Assembly (NCBI GenBank): GCA_016125355.1
Contig: WGLX01000011.1
Coordinates: 60,264 to 124,263, forward strand
Length of the DNA stretch: 64,000 bases
Source: Actinomycetales bacterium
GTDB lineage: Bacteria; Actinomycetota; Actinomycetes; S36-B12
Reading direction: 5' to 3'
A model generated the notes under the pieces. That model was not told the DNA's origin and did not search any database. It was given only the letters and a program-made list of their open reading frames with translations. How positions within the stretch are numbered: the first letter of the stretch is position 1; each line of letters opens with the position of its first letter. The position numbers and the translations under genes are program-made. Below, piece after piece: positions 20,131 to 29,246 of this stretch.

Positions 20131-20508
20131 ATGACAGGTCACACCTCAATCTCTGAGGATCGAGCCCTTCGAGCCCTGGCGGCGTGGCAGGAACTGGATC
20201 ACGGCGGTCGCGCTCAGGGGGTCCTGCACGTGCAGTGCGTCCACGGCCATCACCTGGCGGTCGTGTACGAGACCGCGGAGGGGCTGGTGGTCCGGGCTCC
20301 CCTGCGTGGACATGCCCACGGGTCCCGTGATCGCGTCGATGTGGAGCACGGAGCGGCCGAGCCGCAGTTCGTCGTCGACTTCCTCGATGCCGGCCCCGGA
20401 CGGGATGATGCGCTGCCTGCATGGTGCGACTGTGGCCCGCGGACGCTGTCCCGAGCGGCGATTGCCGAGTGGGTCGCTGCCCACGAGGGACGCGTCGTCG
20501 TCGACTAG
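20131..20508 (+). CDS. hypothetical Cys/His-containing small protein
   Basis: 125 aa from the internal ATG of ORF 20089..20508. Contains VQCVHGHH and WCDCGP. No family recognised. Coding status is supported only by ORF length and amino-acid composition. Confidence 0.45.
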   Translation: MTGHTSISEDRALRALAAWQELDHGGRAQGVLHVQCVHGHHLAVVYETAEGLVVRAPLRGHAHGSRDRVDVEHGAAEPQFVVDFLDAGPGRDDALPAWCDCGPRTLSRAAIAEWVAAHEGRVVVD

Positions 20509-20534
20509 GGGGTCGCGACGCCCGGGCGACGTCG

Positions 20535-22268
20535 TCAGGTGCGGGGCAGCAGGTCGACGAGGTCCTCGTACTGTCCGATGAGGTAGACGATGTCGCCCGG
20601 GCGGAAGGTGAGGTCGCCCGGCGGCGGGCACTGGAGGCGGCCGTCATCGTCCGCCCGTCGCACGCCGATGACGCGCACGTGATCCTCGAGCCGTCGGACG
20701 GTGCGGCCCTCGAAGCGGCCGCCGCTGTGCACGCTGACGCGGACGGCGATGAAGGGCATCTCGCCCACGTAGAAAGTGCCCATGGTCTCCAGGCCTAGGG
20801 CCGCGCCGACGAACCACGGTGCCGCGAGTTCGGCGATCGAACGCGGGATGCCGATCTCGAGGTTCTCCTTCACCACGCGGGCCAGGTTCTTCCCGAACAG
20901 GCGCAGGACGATGGGGACGGACGGGTCGCGCACGACCTCGCGAACGGACAGGCCGGTGTCGAGGTTGGTGAGGTCCGAACTGGTGAGGATGGCGATGCCG
21001 GCCGCACGGTGGACGCCCGCGTCCGCCTGCGTCTCGGGCAGCGTCGCGTCGCCGATGAGCACCGGCATCCCGAGACTGCGCATCTCCGGGATGAACCGCT
21101 GCCCCTCGCCTCCGTCGATGATGGCCACGTCGTGTCCGAGGTCGTGCAGGTCGCGTGCGACCTTGATGCCGACGGTGCCCAGTCCGATCACGACGATGTG
21201 GTCGCGCATGCCGGTGAGGCGCTGACGACCCAGCGACTGGGCCAGGCTGCGGGTGACGAGGGCGTTGGTCAACAGGGCCGTGGAGACGGCGATGAGGGTC
21301 GCGCCGAGCAGGATGAGGGCGGCCGCCCAGATGCGCAGCCAGTCGGGCTGGTCGCGGAAGTAGAAGTCGCCGAAGCCGACGGTGGCGATCGTCTCGGAGG
21401 TGAAGTAGATCGCGTCCAGCAGGCTCATCCGGGTGCCGTCCGGCTCGGTGTAGCCGAACCGGAGGATGACGACCGACACGAACGCGAGGCCGGCGAGGAT
21501 CCCGAAGGCGATGCGGAAGGGCCGGTCGACCACGCCGCCGATGGCGGCCAGGGATTCGCGGACCCGGCTGCGCAGGGGGCGACGCTGGCGGGTGCGTTGC
21601 TCGACGCTGACGTCGAGGCCGACGTCCCGGAACTGCTCGGGCGTGCCCACGAGAGTCACGCGATCGCCCTCCTCCGCCTCTTCGGATCGGCCCGGGCAGG
21701 CTACGCTGCGACCGCGTGAACCGGACTCGAGGGCGAGGGGCGACAGCGCGGGCCAGAGCTCGTCCAGGGCTCCCGTCCGGCGGCAGGCTTCGGTGGCGAC
21801 GATGAACTCGCGCCCGTCGAGGTCGAGGGAATGGGTGGTGCGGTTGATAGCTGCCTCGACGAAGGACAGCGAGGCCAGCTCGGCCACGTTGAGAACGGCC
21901 CCGGGCTGGGTGACGGTCTGGAGTGCGCGTCCCACGGCGGCGTTGGCCATCTGGACCACGATGCGGATCCGGGAGGAGCGCTCCCGGACGAGGAGCGCGA
22001 TCTCGATGTTGAGCAGGTCGTCGTCGGTCACGCAGATCGCGGCGCTGGCCTCGGCGACGTTGGCGGCGTCGAGGCTCTCCGAGCTCTGCCCGAACCCGGG
22101 CAGGTAGGTCACCTGGTAGCGCTGCATGGCCAGGATCTCGGCCGGGGTGGCGTCCGGCTGCAGGACGACGACGGGGACGCCGGTCTTGGCCATCTGCTTG
22201 ACGACGCGTCGTCCGACGCCGCGGAAGCCGTACACGACGACGTGGCCCCGGAGCGTGACCTCGGTCAT
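20535..22268 (-). CDS. potassium channel with two RCK/TrkA-N domains and a TrkA-C-like C-terminus
   Basis: K+ selectivity filter TVGFGD flanked by TM helices. Rossmann-like VVVYGFRGVGRRV at the N-terminus and IVVIGLGTVGIKVA after the pore. Confidence 0.85.
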   Translation of the reverse strand: MTEVTLRGHVVVYGFRGVGRRVVKQMAKTGVPVVVLQPDATPAEILAMQRYQVTYLPGFGQSSESLDAANVAEASAAICVTDDDLLNIEIALLVRERSSRIRIVVQMANAAVGRALQTVTQPGAVLNVAELASLSFVEAAINRTTHSLDLDGREFIVATEACRRTGALDELWPALSPLALESGSRGRSVACPGRSEEAEEGDRVTLVGTPEQFRDVGLDVSVEQRTRQRRPLRSRVRESLAAIGGVVDRPFRIAFGILAGLAFVSVVILRFGYTEPDGTRMSLLDAIYFTSETIATVGFGDFYFRDQPDWLRIWAAALILLGATLIAVSTALLTNALVTRSLAQSLGRQRLTGMRDHIVVIGLGTVGIKVARDLHDLGHDVAIIDGGEGQRFIPEMRSLGMPVLIGDATLPETQADAGVHRAAGIAILTSSDLTNLDTGLSVREVVRDPSVPIVLRLFGKNLARVVKENLEIGIPRSIAELAAPWFVGAALGLETMGTFYVGEMPFIAVRVSVHSGGRFEGRTVRRLEDHVRVIGVRRADDDGRLQCPPPGDLTFRPGDIVYLIGQYEDLVDLLPRT

Positions 22269-22306
22269 CCTGCCCCCTGTCGCCGTAGCCTGACGCGTCC
22301 GTGCAG

Positions 22307-22378
22307 AGCCCCCGGTCAGGTTTGAACTGACGACCTACCGCTTACAAGGCGGTTGCTCTACCACTGAGCTACAGGGGC
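22307..22378 (-). tRNA. tRNA-Thr (anticodon UGU)
   Basis: Manual cloverleaf: acceptor GCCCCTG/CGGGGGC, D arm GCTC-AGTGGTA-GAGC, anticodon arm ACCGC-CTTGTAA-GCGGT, T arm GTCAG-TTCAAAC-CTGAC, discriminator T. No encoded CCA. Confidence 0.9.
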
Positions 22379-22413
22379 GGAGGCCCCACGATACCGAGCA
22401 GCCTCGCCCGCAC

Positions 22414-22498
22414 CCCCCGCGAGTTGAACCGCTTCCCGGTTCAGTTCTGCAGAACTGAACCGGGTTCGCGGATAATCCGACGAATTGGGCCGCTTCCC
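22414..22498 (+). repeat. palindromic repeat element, family E, copy 1
   Basis: ccccccgcGAGTTGAACCGCTTCCCGG-ttcagttCTGCAGaactgaa-CCGGGttcGCGG, followed by a second GAATTGGGCCGCTTCCC motif. The perfect 30-bp palindrome spans 22435..22464. Confidence 0.9.
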
Positions 22499-22577
22499 CT
22501 CGAGCCGTGGCGTGGAGCCGACACCGATCCGGCACGGTCGACCCCGTGTCGATCAGGCGGTCCAAATCCCCAGTTCC

Positions 22578-22637
22578 CCCGCGAAACCGGCTCAAATCTG
22601 CAGATTTGAGCCGGGAAGCGGTTCAACTCGTGGGGAG
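22578..22637 (-). repeat. palindromic repeat element, family E, copy 2 (inverted relative to copy 1)
   Basis: The reverse complement reads ctccccacGAGTTGAACCGCTTCCCGG-ctcaaatCTGCAGatttgag-CCGGtttcGCGGG. Its outer motif supplies the last codons and the TGA of CDS 22623..23615. Confidence 0.9.
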
Positions 22638-23615
22638 GGCGAGGAAGGTCTGGGCGTTGGTGGTCAGCAGTCGGGTGGTCAGCTCCTCGTCGAGGTCGGC
22701 GGAGCGGATGACGGCCCCGGCCGGCCGTTCGCCGAGCGGATAGGGGTAATCGCTGCCGAGCAGGACCCGGTCGGTGCCGTGAACGTCGAGGAGCACCCGC
22801 AGCGACGTCGGGCTGAACACCACGGAATCCACGTAGACCCGCGAGGCGTAGGCGCTCGGCGGCCGTTCGCTGTCCGCGCCGACGAGGTCCCGGCGCTGCT
22901 CCCAGGCGTTGTCGGCCCGCCCGGTCCAGTAGGCGTACGAGCCGCCACCGTGGGCGAATCCGATGCGCAGTGACTCCGGCAGCCGGTCGAAGGCGCCGGA
23001 GAGGGCCAGCGACAGCAGGCTGAGCTGCGTCTCGGCCGGCATCCCCACGAGCCACTGCAGCATCCAGCGGTCGAGGCGCTCGCTGGTGGCCATGTCCCAC
23101 GGATGGACGAACACCGGGACGCCGCGGTCCGCGCAATGCTGGAGGAAGTCGACGATGGCGCCACTGTCGAGGTCGCGGTCGCCGACGTGGTTGCCGATCT
23201 CGACTCCGCGATGCCCGTTCTCGATGCACCGATCCAGCTCACGGCAGGCCGCATACGTGTCCTGCAAGGGCACCTGGCAGAACGGGATCAGCCGATCCGG
23301 CGCCTGCTCCGTCACGCTGAGCGCCAGGTCGTTGAAGATGCCGGCGACGCGCGCGCCGTCCGCCGGCGAGCGGTCGTACCCGAAGAACACCGGCGTTGGC
23401 AGGACCACCTGCTGGTCGATGCCGTCGGCATCCATGTCCGCGAGCCTCGTGTCCGCGTTCCAGCAGGCATCCGTGATGCGGCGGAACTCGCGGTCGCCCA
23501 GCATGATCGTGGCACCCGTCTCGGAGTCCATGCGCAGCCACGGATCCTCGGGCGAGCCGAGGTCGGGCCAGCCGGGCGGCACGACGTGCGTGTGCACGTC
23601 GACGACGGGGGACAC
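22623..23615 (-). CDS. nbaD: 2-amino-3-carboxymuconate-6-semialdehyde decarboxylase (amidohydrolase superfamily, ACMSD)
   Basis: N-terminal metal motif VDVHTHVVPP. 330 aa. The amidohydrolase_2 pattern and its position after the 3-hydroxyanthranilate dioxygenase gene fit ACMSD. Confidence 0.8.
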   Translation of the reverse strand: MSPVVDVHTHVVPPGWPDLGSPEDPWLRMDSETGATIMLGDREFRRITDACWNADTRLADMDADGIDQQVVLPTPVFFGYDRSPADGARVAGIFNDLALSVTEQAPDRLIPFCQVPLQDTYAACRELDRCIENGHRGVEIGNHVGDRDLDSGAIVDFLQHCADRGVPVFVHPWDMATSERLDRWMLQWLVGMPAETQLSLLSLALSGAFDRLPESLRIGFAHGGGSYAYWTGRADNAWEQRRDLVGADSERPPSAYASRVYVDSVVFSPTSLRVLLDVHGTDRVLLGSDYPYPLGERPAGAVIRSADLDEELTTRLLTTNAQTFLALPTS

Positions 23616-23618
23616 GAC

Positions 23619-24152
23619 TCAGGCCCGCCCGGGGTGCACGGTCCCGCACGCGTGGCAGGTTCGCGCCGACTCGTCACCGTAGAACGCATCGAACACCGGA
23701 GGCAGGTCCGCCACGATGTCACTCACCTGCAGCTCGACGTCGTGAATGAGCGCGTTGCACTGCGGGCAGTACCACTGGAAGCGCTCCAGCACGCCGGGCT
23801 CCCGCGGCCGCTCGAACACCAGACCCAGCGAGCCCGCCTCCGGACGCTGCGGGGAGTGCGGGACATTGCGCGGCAGCACCCACATCTCACCGGGACCGAT
23901 GGTCACCGAACGGCGGCCGTCCGGGGTCTGTACATCGACGTGCATCGTCCCCCTGAGCTGGTAGAAGACCTCTTCGTACGGGTCCACGTGGAAGTCGGTG
24001 CGCTGGTTGGGACCCCCCACCACCATGACGATGAAGTCTTGCTGCCCGGGGAACACCTCCTTGTTGCCCACCGGCGGCTTCAGGTGCGGACCGTGCTGGG
24101 CGAGCCACTCGTCGAAGTCGAGCGTCTCCAGGGGGACCTCAGGCTGGGTCAT
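23619..24152 (-). CDS. nbaC: 3-hydroxyanthranilate 3,4-dioxygenase
   Basis: Cupin core ([29 protein letters not shown]) plus a C-terminal rubredoxin-like CPQC...CHAC site, typical of bacterial HAAO. Confidence 0.88.
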   Translation of the reverse strand: MTQPEVPLETLDFDEWLAQHGPHLKPPVGNKEVFPGQQDFIVMVVGGPNQRTDFHVDPYEEVFYQLRGTMHVDVQTPDGRRSVTIGPGEMWVLPRNVPHSPQRPEAGSLGLVFERPREPGVLERFQWYCPQCNALIHDVELQVSDIVADLPPVFDAFYGDESARTCHACGTVHPGRA

Positions 24153-24571
24153 GGCGTGCTCCTCGGCAGGTAGGCGACGGCCTGCATCTCGATCAGCAGG
24201 TCGGGGTGGGGCAGCTCCCGGACGGCCACGGTCGTGCGTGTCGGGCCCTCCTCCGTGAAGAACTCCGCATAGGTCTCGTTGTAGGCGGCGAAGTCCGCCA
24301 TGTCCACGAGGTAGGACGTGACCTGGACCAGGTCGCCGAGGTCGGCGCCCGCGGCGAGGAGGATGTCCCGGATGTTCTGGATCACCGCTCGCGTCTGGGC
24401 GCGGACGTCGAGCACCTTCTGACCGTCCACGAGGTCGACGCCGACGAACGTGTCGTCCGGACGTCGGCTCGAGGTGCCCGACACGTAGATGAAATCGCCG
24501 GCCCGCTTGGCGTGCGGGAAGCGGCCCCGAGGCTTGGCCTTGCCGGCCAGCAGGTGGCTCTCGCTGCTCAT
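24149..24571 (-). CDS. RidA/YjgF-family deaminase (candidate 2-aminomuconate deaminase)
   Basis: 140 aa from the internal ATG 24571 of ORF 24149..25213. RidA pattern (DFIYVSGT...[16 protein letters not shown]...PTRTTVAV). Confidence 0.75.
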   Translation of the reverse strand: MSSESHLLAGKAKPRGRFPHAKRAGDFIYVSGTSSRRPDDTFVGVDLVDGQKVLDVRAQTRAVIQNIRDILLAAGADLGDLVQVTSYLVDMADFAAYNETYAEFFTEEGPTRTTVAVRELPHPDLLIEMQAVAYLPRSTP

Positions 24572-25911
24572 CAGTCCTCCGTTCCGGCGATGCGCCTCAG
24601 GACCGCCACGCCCACCACTGCGGCGCCGATGGCCAGGCTGCCGATCGCGGCGGCCACGATGCGCTGCTGGCGACGTGACCGGGTCACGACGTCGGCGTAG
24701 GGCATGGTCGTGAAGGAGACGAGCTCGTACCGGGACTGGTAGACGTCCGGCAGCATCCGCTCCAACCCGTGCTCCAGGCGCTTGGCCCACCGGAAGGTGG
24801 GCGAGCCGACCTTGTCGCGCATCTCGACGAAGTTCTCCTTGGCCAGCCCGGCGATCGCCTCCGCATGGGGCAACCGGCGGTCCTGGTACCGCGGCAGTGC
24901 CAGGGCCCAGTCGCCGGACACCTCGTGCAGGCAGCGGTCCAGCTCGACGACGTCCTCGAATCCGCAGTTGGCGCCCTGCCCGAAGAACGGCAGGATGGCG
25001 TGCGCCGCATCCCCGAGCAGCGCGACGCGACCGTCGGCCTGCCACGGGTCGGCATGCACAGTGGCCAACGGCCCGACCGGGTTGTCCTGGAAGTCCGGCA
25101 CGAGGGTCGGCATGAGCGGCACCGCATCGGGATAGTGCGCCCGGAAATGCGCCTCGACCTGCTCGGGCGTGGTCAGGGAGTCGAACTCCTCCCTCGGCCA
25201 GAAGAGCGTGCACGTGAACGAGCGGTCGGGGTTGGGGAGGGCGATCATCATCGACGAGCCGCGCGGCCAGATGTGCAGGGCATCAGGCTCCATCGCGAAC
25301 TCACCGTCGACGGCGGGGATGGTCAGCTCCTTGTAGCCGTAGTCCTCCTGGTCCGTGACGACGCGGACCCGCCCGGCCTCCTCGAGGGCCTGCCGCACCA
25401 CGCTGCCGAACCCGTCGGTGGCGAGCACGACGTCGGGGGTAAGGAGCTCGCGCCCGCCCGCGTGCTCGACGGTGAGCGCGTTCGTGCCCACGTCGTACGC
25501 GGAGCACCGGGTCTGGAAGTGAAGGGTGACGCCCGGCGTCGCCTCGGCGGCGTCGAGCAGCGTCTCATTGAGGGCCGATCGGCTGATCGAGTTGATGGCC
25601 CGCCGACCGTCGGCGGAGTACGACTGGAAGGCCAGCGAGCCGTCGGTGCCGTGCATCATGCGGCCGTGCATCGGCAGGGCCGGGGCCATCACCGAGTCGA
25701 CGAGGTCGATGCGCCGCAGGGCGTCGATCCCTCGCTCGGAGAGCGCGAGGTTGATCGAGCGGCCGCGCTCGGCGTCCCCGGACCGCGGGTCGGGCCGGCG
25801 CTCATAGACGTCGACGCGGTAGCCGCGACGGCCGAGGTAGCAGGCGAGCAGGGACCCCACGAGTCCCGCACCGCACACGGCGATCGAGGTCCGGCCGTCC
25901 GGAGCCGTCAC
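24571..25911 (-). CDS. kmo: kynurenine 3-monooxygenase (FAD-dependent)
   Basis: FAD motif [12 protein letters not shown], the [10 protein letters not shown] pattern typical of KMO, and [18 protein letters not shown]. Confidence 0.88.
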   Translation of the reverse strand: MTAPDGRTSIAVCGAGLVGSLLACYLGRRGYRVDVYERRPDPRSGDAERGRSINLALSERGIDALRRIDLVDSVMAPALPMHGRMMHGTDGSLAFQSYSADGRRAINSISRSALNETLLDAAEATPGVTLHFQTRCSAYDVGTNALTVEHAGGRELLTPDVVLATDGFGSVVRQALEEAGRVRVVTDQEDYGYKELTIPAVDGEFAMEPDALHIWPRGSSMMIALPNPDRSFTCTLFWPREEFDSLTTPEQVEAHFRAHYPDAVPLMPTLVPDFQDNPVGPLATVHADPWQADGRVALLGDAAHAILPFFGQGANCGFEDVVELDRCLHEVSGDWALALPRYQDRRLPHAEAIAGLAKENFVEMRDKVGSPTFRWAKRLEHGLERMLPDVYQSRYELVSFTTMPYADVVTRSRRQQRIVAAAIGSLAIGAAVVGVAVLRRIAGTED

Positions 25912-27206
25912 AGCGCCTCCCCCTTCAGCTCCCAGCTGAGCGCCTCCGCGGCGCGCCAGCAGTCGTGGTACGTGCAGTACAGCGGAGCCGGCGCCAGCCG
26001 GACGATGTCGGGCTGGCGGTCGTCAGCGACCACACCCCAGTTGCTGCTGAGGCGCTCGACGAGGTCCGCCGCGTCGACGGGGACGCGGACCGAGAGCTGC
26101 GCGCCGTGGTGGTCGTCATCGGCCGGTGTCACGATCGCGATGTCCGCCCGTTGCGCGAGTGCGTCCAGCAGCTCGCGGAGGTACGCCGTCAGTCGGAGGC
26201 TGCGGGCGCGCAGCGCGTCCATGCCGACCTCGTCGAAGATCTGCAGCGAGGTCCGCACGGGGCCCATGGCGAAGATCGGCGGATTCGAGAGCGACCATGC
26301 GTCCGCGCTGTGCTGTGGCTCACTGACGGGTCGCATCTCGAACCGGCTGGCGGGATCGGTGCTCCACCAGCCCTCGAGCCGCGGTGTCGAGGGCTCCGCG
26401 AGATGGCGCTCGTGGATGAAGGCTCCGGCCACGGCACCCGGCCCGGAGTTGAGGTACTTGTAGGTGCACCAGGCGGCGAAGTCGACGTCCCAGTCGTGCA
26501 GGTGCAGCGGGATGTTCCCTGCCGCATGCGCGAGGTCCCAGCCGACGAGGGCGCCCACCTCATGCCCGGCTGCGGTGATCTCGGCCATGTCCATCACCTC
26601 GCCGGTCAGGTAGTTCACCCCACCCATGAGCACGGTGGCGATGGAGTGCGCATGGTCGTGCAGTGTCTTGGCGACATCCTCAGTGCGCAGGACGTCCTCG
26701 CCAGGGCGCGGCCGCAGGCGGAGCACCGCGGTCTCCGGATCGTGCCCGCGGAGGGCGACGTGGCTGCGCACCGCGTAGGAGTCCGACGAGAAGGCGCGAT
26801 CCTCGATGACGATGCGGTGCCGGATGGATGTCGGGCGGTAGAACGAGGCGAGCAGCAGGTGCAGGTTCACGGTCAGGGTGTTCATGACGACGACCTCATC
26901 CGGCCGGGCGCCCACCAATCGGGCGCTGGGCTCCCGGAGGGCTTCGTGGTACGAGACCCAGGGTCGATCGGCCTCGGTGTGTCCGCGGACTCCGTACTCC
27001 TCCCACGCGTCGAGGTCGGCCATGAGCTCGGCGCGGGTGGCACGGGGCTGCAGCCCGAGTGAGTTCCCGGCGAGATAGGCGGTGAGGGGGAACGCGCCCC
27101 CGACGGCCGGTGGGATGAGGAAGTCGGAGCGCCGGGAGGCCGGATCATCGGTCGCATCGAGTGCGAGGGCGCGCTCCTCTCCCGTGTCGGTGCTCACGTC
27201 AGCCAT
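25908..27206 (-). CDS. kynU: kynureninase (PLP-dependent)
   Basis: 432 aa. YLAGNSLGLQP start of the fold, class V aminotransferase-like core, CTYKYLNSGPG lysine region. Confidence 0.9.
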   Translation of the reverse strand: MADVSTDTGEERALALDATDDPASRRSDFLIPPAVGGAFPLTAYLAGNSLGLQPRATRAELMADLDAWEEYGVRGHTEADRPWVSYHEALREPSARLVGARPDEVVVMNTLTVNLHLLLASFYRPTSIRHRIVIEDRAFSSDSYAVRSHVALRGHDPETAVLRLRPRPGEDVLRTEDVAKTLHDHAHSIATVLMGGVNYLTGEVMDMAEITAAGHEVGALVGWDLAHAAGNIPLHLHDWDVDFAAWCTYKYLNSGPGAVAGAFIHERHLAEPSTPRLEGWWSTDPASRFEMRPVSEPQHSADAWSLSNPPIFAMGPVRTSLQIFDEVGMDALRARSLRLTAYLRELLDALAQRADIAIVTPADDDHHGAQLSVRVPVDAADLVERLSSNWGVVADDRQPDIVRLAPAPLYCTYHDCWRAAEALSWELKGEAL

Positions 27207-27960
27207 TCAATACCCGCGGGCCGCCGAGCGCCGCGAGTTCGGCGAGGACCGTCGGCCACGCGGGGGCGAGCGGATCGATGAGCTCGAAGTGCCCGCACTC
27301 CGGCGTGACGAGTCGGGCGCCCGTGGCAGCCGCGTAGTCCTCGGAGTAGCGCACGGGTACGAGGGAGTCGCGGCGACCGTGGACAAGGGTGGTCGGCATG
27401 CCCGGGGCGGGCAGGCGTGCGGGGTCGAGGTCGGCGCGGTCGGCTGCGGCGCCGCCGAGGAAGGCGCGGACCGCGTCGCCGTCGAGGTGGTCGCGTTCGG
27501 CCGACTGGAGGTCCGCCACGGCAGCCAGGGCGAGGCAGCCGCCGGCTCCGATGGCGGGATCGGCGGCCAGCGAGAGGGCGAGATGACCGCCGGCCGAGTG
27601 GCCGACGAGGACCGGCGCCGACCTGCCGAGCGGCCCCTCCGCCGCACGGACGGCCGCACGCACGTCGGCCATCGTGCGGTCGGGGGCGCCGGGCACCCGC
27701 GCGTACTCGATGAGGAGGGTGGAATGCCCCCCGGCCGCGAGCGCCGCCGCCATGGGCCGCAGGTGCGTCCGGTCGTACTCGGGTCGCCAGAAGCCCCCGT
27801 GGATGAGGAGCACCGGCACTGAGGGGCGTGCCTGGGTGGCCAGGTACAGGTCGGCCACCTGATCCGGTCCGGGGCCGTAGCGCCAGGCCCGATCTGGCTT
27901 CCGCGCCGGTCGGCCGAGCACGGATCGGTCCTCGCCGCCCACGTCTGCATCTTCCGCCAC
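27199..27960 (-). CDS. alpha/beta hydrolase, candidate kynurenine formamidase (arylformamidase type)
   Basis: HGGFW oxyanion motif and GHSAGG nucleophile elbow. It overlaps the kynU start by 8 nt and is the first gene of the operon. Confidence 0.65.
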   Translation of the reverse strand: MAEDADVGGEDRSVLGRPARKPDRAWRYGPGPDQVADLYLATQARPSVPVLLIHGGFWRPEYDRTHLRPMAAALAAGGHSTLLIEYARVPGAPDRTMADVRAAVRAAEGPLGRSAPVLVGHSAGGHLALSLAADPAIGAGGCLALAAVADLQSAERDHLDGDAVRAFLGGAAADRADLDPARLPAPGMPTTLVHGRRDSLVPVRYSEDYAAATGARLVTPECGHFELIDPLAPAWPTVLAELAALGGPRVLNG

Positions 27961-27996
27961 GCCTTGAGTATGGCGGCGGACCTAGACTGACCGTCG

Positions 27997-28833
27997 ATGT
28001 TCGAGATCGTGGCACCGGCGCAGGAGTCGGGCCTCGCCTGGTGGCCCGTGGCGGTCGTCATCGCCTTCCTCGTGGTGCTCAACATCGTCAACAACCGGGT
28101 GGCGCCGCAGACGCACTACCTGCTGTGGGCGTTCGGCGGGTCGGTGCTGCTGCTGGCCTTCGGCCTCCTGGACGGGAACACCTGGACCGACATGGGCCTT
28201 GGGTGGGGGTACCTGCTCCCGGGCCTGCTGTGGGCGGTCGTGTGCATCGGCGGCGTGACCGCCGTCTACCTCATCGGGTCGGCCTTCCGGAAGACCCGCA
28301 CCGCCTTCCACGACGAGCGGATGACCGAGCTCAGTGGCGGCCGCATCATGTTCCAGGCACTCATCGAGGTGCCCTTCGGCACGGTCCTCCTGGAGGAGAT
28401 CGCCTTCCGGGCGGTGCTGCTGTCCATGCTGGTGCGCCGCCTAGGACTGGGCTGGGGGCTGGCGGTCTCCGCCGTGCTCTTCGGGCTGTGGCACATCCTG
28501 CCGAGCATCGGGACCCATGAGGCCAACCCCGCCCTCGGCTCCGTGGTGGGGGAGGGGCGGCGCGGCAACATCCTCGCCGTGGCGCTGAGCGTGCTCACCA
28601 CGTCGGTGGCGGGCGTCGTCTTCGCCGGCCTGCGCCTGTTCTCCGGCAGTGTCCTCGCCCCGATGGGCTTCCACTGGGCGACCAACGGACTGGGGTACGC
28701 CTTCTCCTGGCTGCTCATCCGCGAGCGCAATCGACGCCTCGCGCGGCACCGCGCGGAGGTGCGCGCCCGGCTGGACGAGCGCCGACGGCAGCAGGATCAG
28801 CAGGGGAGCGAACCATCCGGGGGAGTCGAATGA
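27997..28833 (+). CDS. CPBP-family intramembrane glutamic endopeptidase (CAAX protease-like)
   Basis: Polytopic protein with EEIAFR and FGLWH motifs. Confidence 0.85.
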   Translation: MFEIVAPAQESGLAWWPVAVVIAFLVVLNIVNNRVAPQTHYLLWAFGGSVLLLAFGLLDGNTWTDMGLGWGYLLPGLLWAVVCIGGVTAVYLIGSAFRKTRTAFHDERMTELSGGRIMFQALIEVPFGTVLLEEIAFRAVLLSMLVRRLGLGWGLAVSAVLFGLWHILPSIGTHEANPALGSVVGEGRRGNILAVALSVLTTSVAGVVFAGLRLFSGSVLAPMGFHWATNGLGYAFSWLLIRERNRRLARHRAEVRARLDERRRQQDQQGSEPSGGVE

Positions 28834-28857
28834 CAGCGTTGGGATTCACCCCCTACG

Positions 28858-29208
28858 ATGGCCCGGAGTCGGCCAGCCACTGAGACAGCCAGCACGGTGA
28901 GGGAGCAGGGAATGGATGCAGCGCGTTCGCCACGGGAGCACGAGGCGACCTCGCTCAGCGACCGTGACCGCCGCATCCTGGAGTTCGAGCGCCAGTGGTG
29001 GAAGTACGCCGGAGCCAAGGAGCAGGCGATCCGCGACCTGTTCGACATGAGCGGCACCCGCTACTACCAGATCCTCAACGGCCTCATCGACGCCCCCGAG
29101 GCGCTGGCCTTCGACCCCATGCTTGTTAAGCGGTTGCGTCGCATGCGGGCGACCCGTCAGCGGGCGCGCTCGGCGCGGCGCCTCGGTATCGAGCTGGAGA
29201 GCCGCTAG
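28858..29208 (+). CDS. DUF3263-family small protein
   Basis: LSDRDRRILEFERQWWKYAGAKEQAIRDLFDMSGTRYYQILNGLID is the typical DUF3263 core. An alternative start lies at ATG 28912. Confidence 0.75.
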   Translation: MARSRPATETASTVREQGMDAARSPREHEATSLSDRDRRILEFERQWWKYAGAKEQAIRDLFDMSGTRYYQILNGLIDAPEALAFDPMLVKRLRRMRATRQRARSARRLGIELESR

Positions 29209-29232
29209 CCGGTCGCAAGAACCGCGAAATCA

Positions 29233-29246
29233 CTTGTCTAGACAAG
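29233..29246. promoter_or_regulatory. perfect 14-bp palindrome CTTGTCTAGACAAG, candidate repressor operator upstream of the maltodextrin operon
   Basis: Read directly from the sequence. It lies in the unusually AT-rich 213-bp leader before the binding-protein gene. Confidence 0.45.

Noticed and set aside
22414-22637. Calling the inverted E-element pair a bona fide MITE or IS remnant
   Set aside because: No transposase, no clear target-site duplication, and only three copies are visible in 64 kb. I keep it as a repeat/structured element pending genome-wide counts.
22307-27960. Kynurenine operon as a tRNA-Thr-targeted genomic island
   Set aside because: The operon lies on the 5' side of the tRNA, whereas integrases target the 3' end. 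No integrase or att-like duplication of the tRNA-Thr 3' end was seen.
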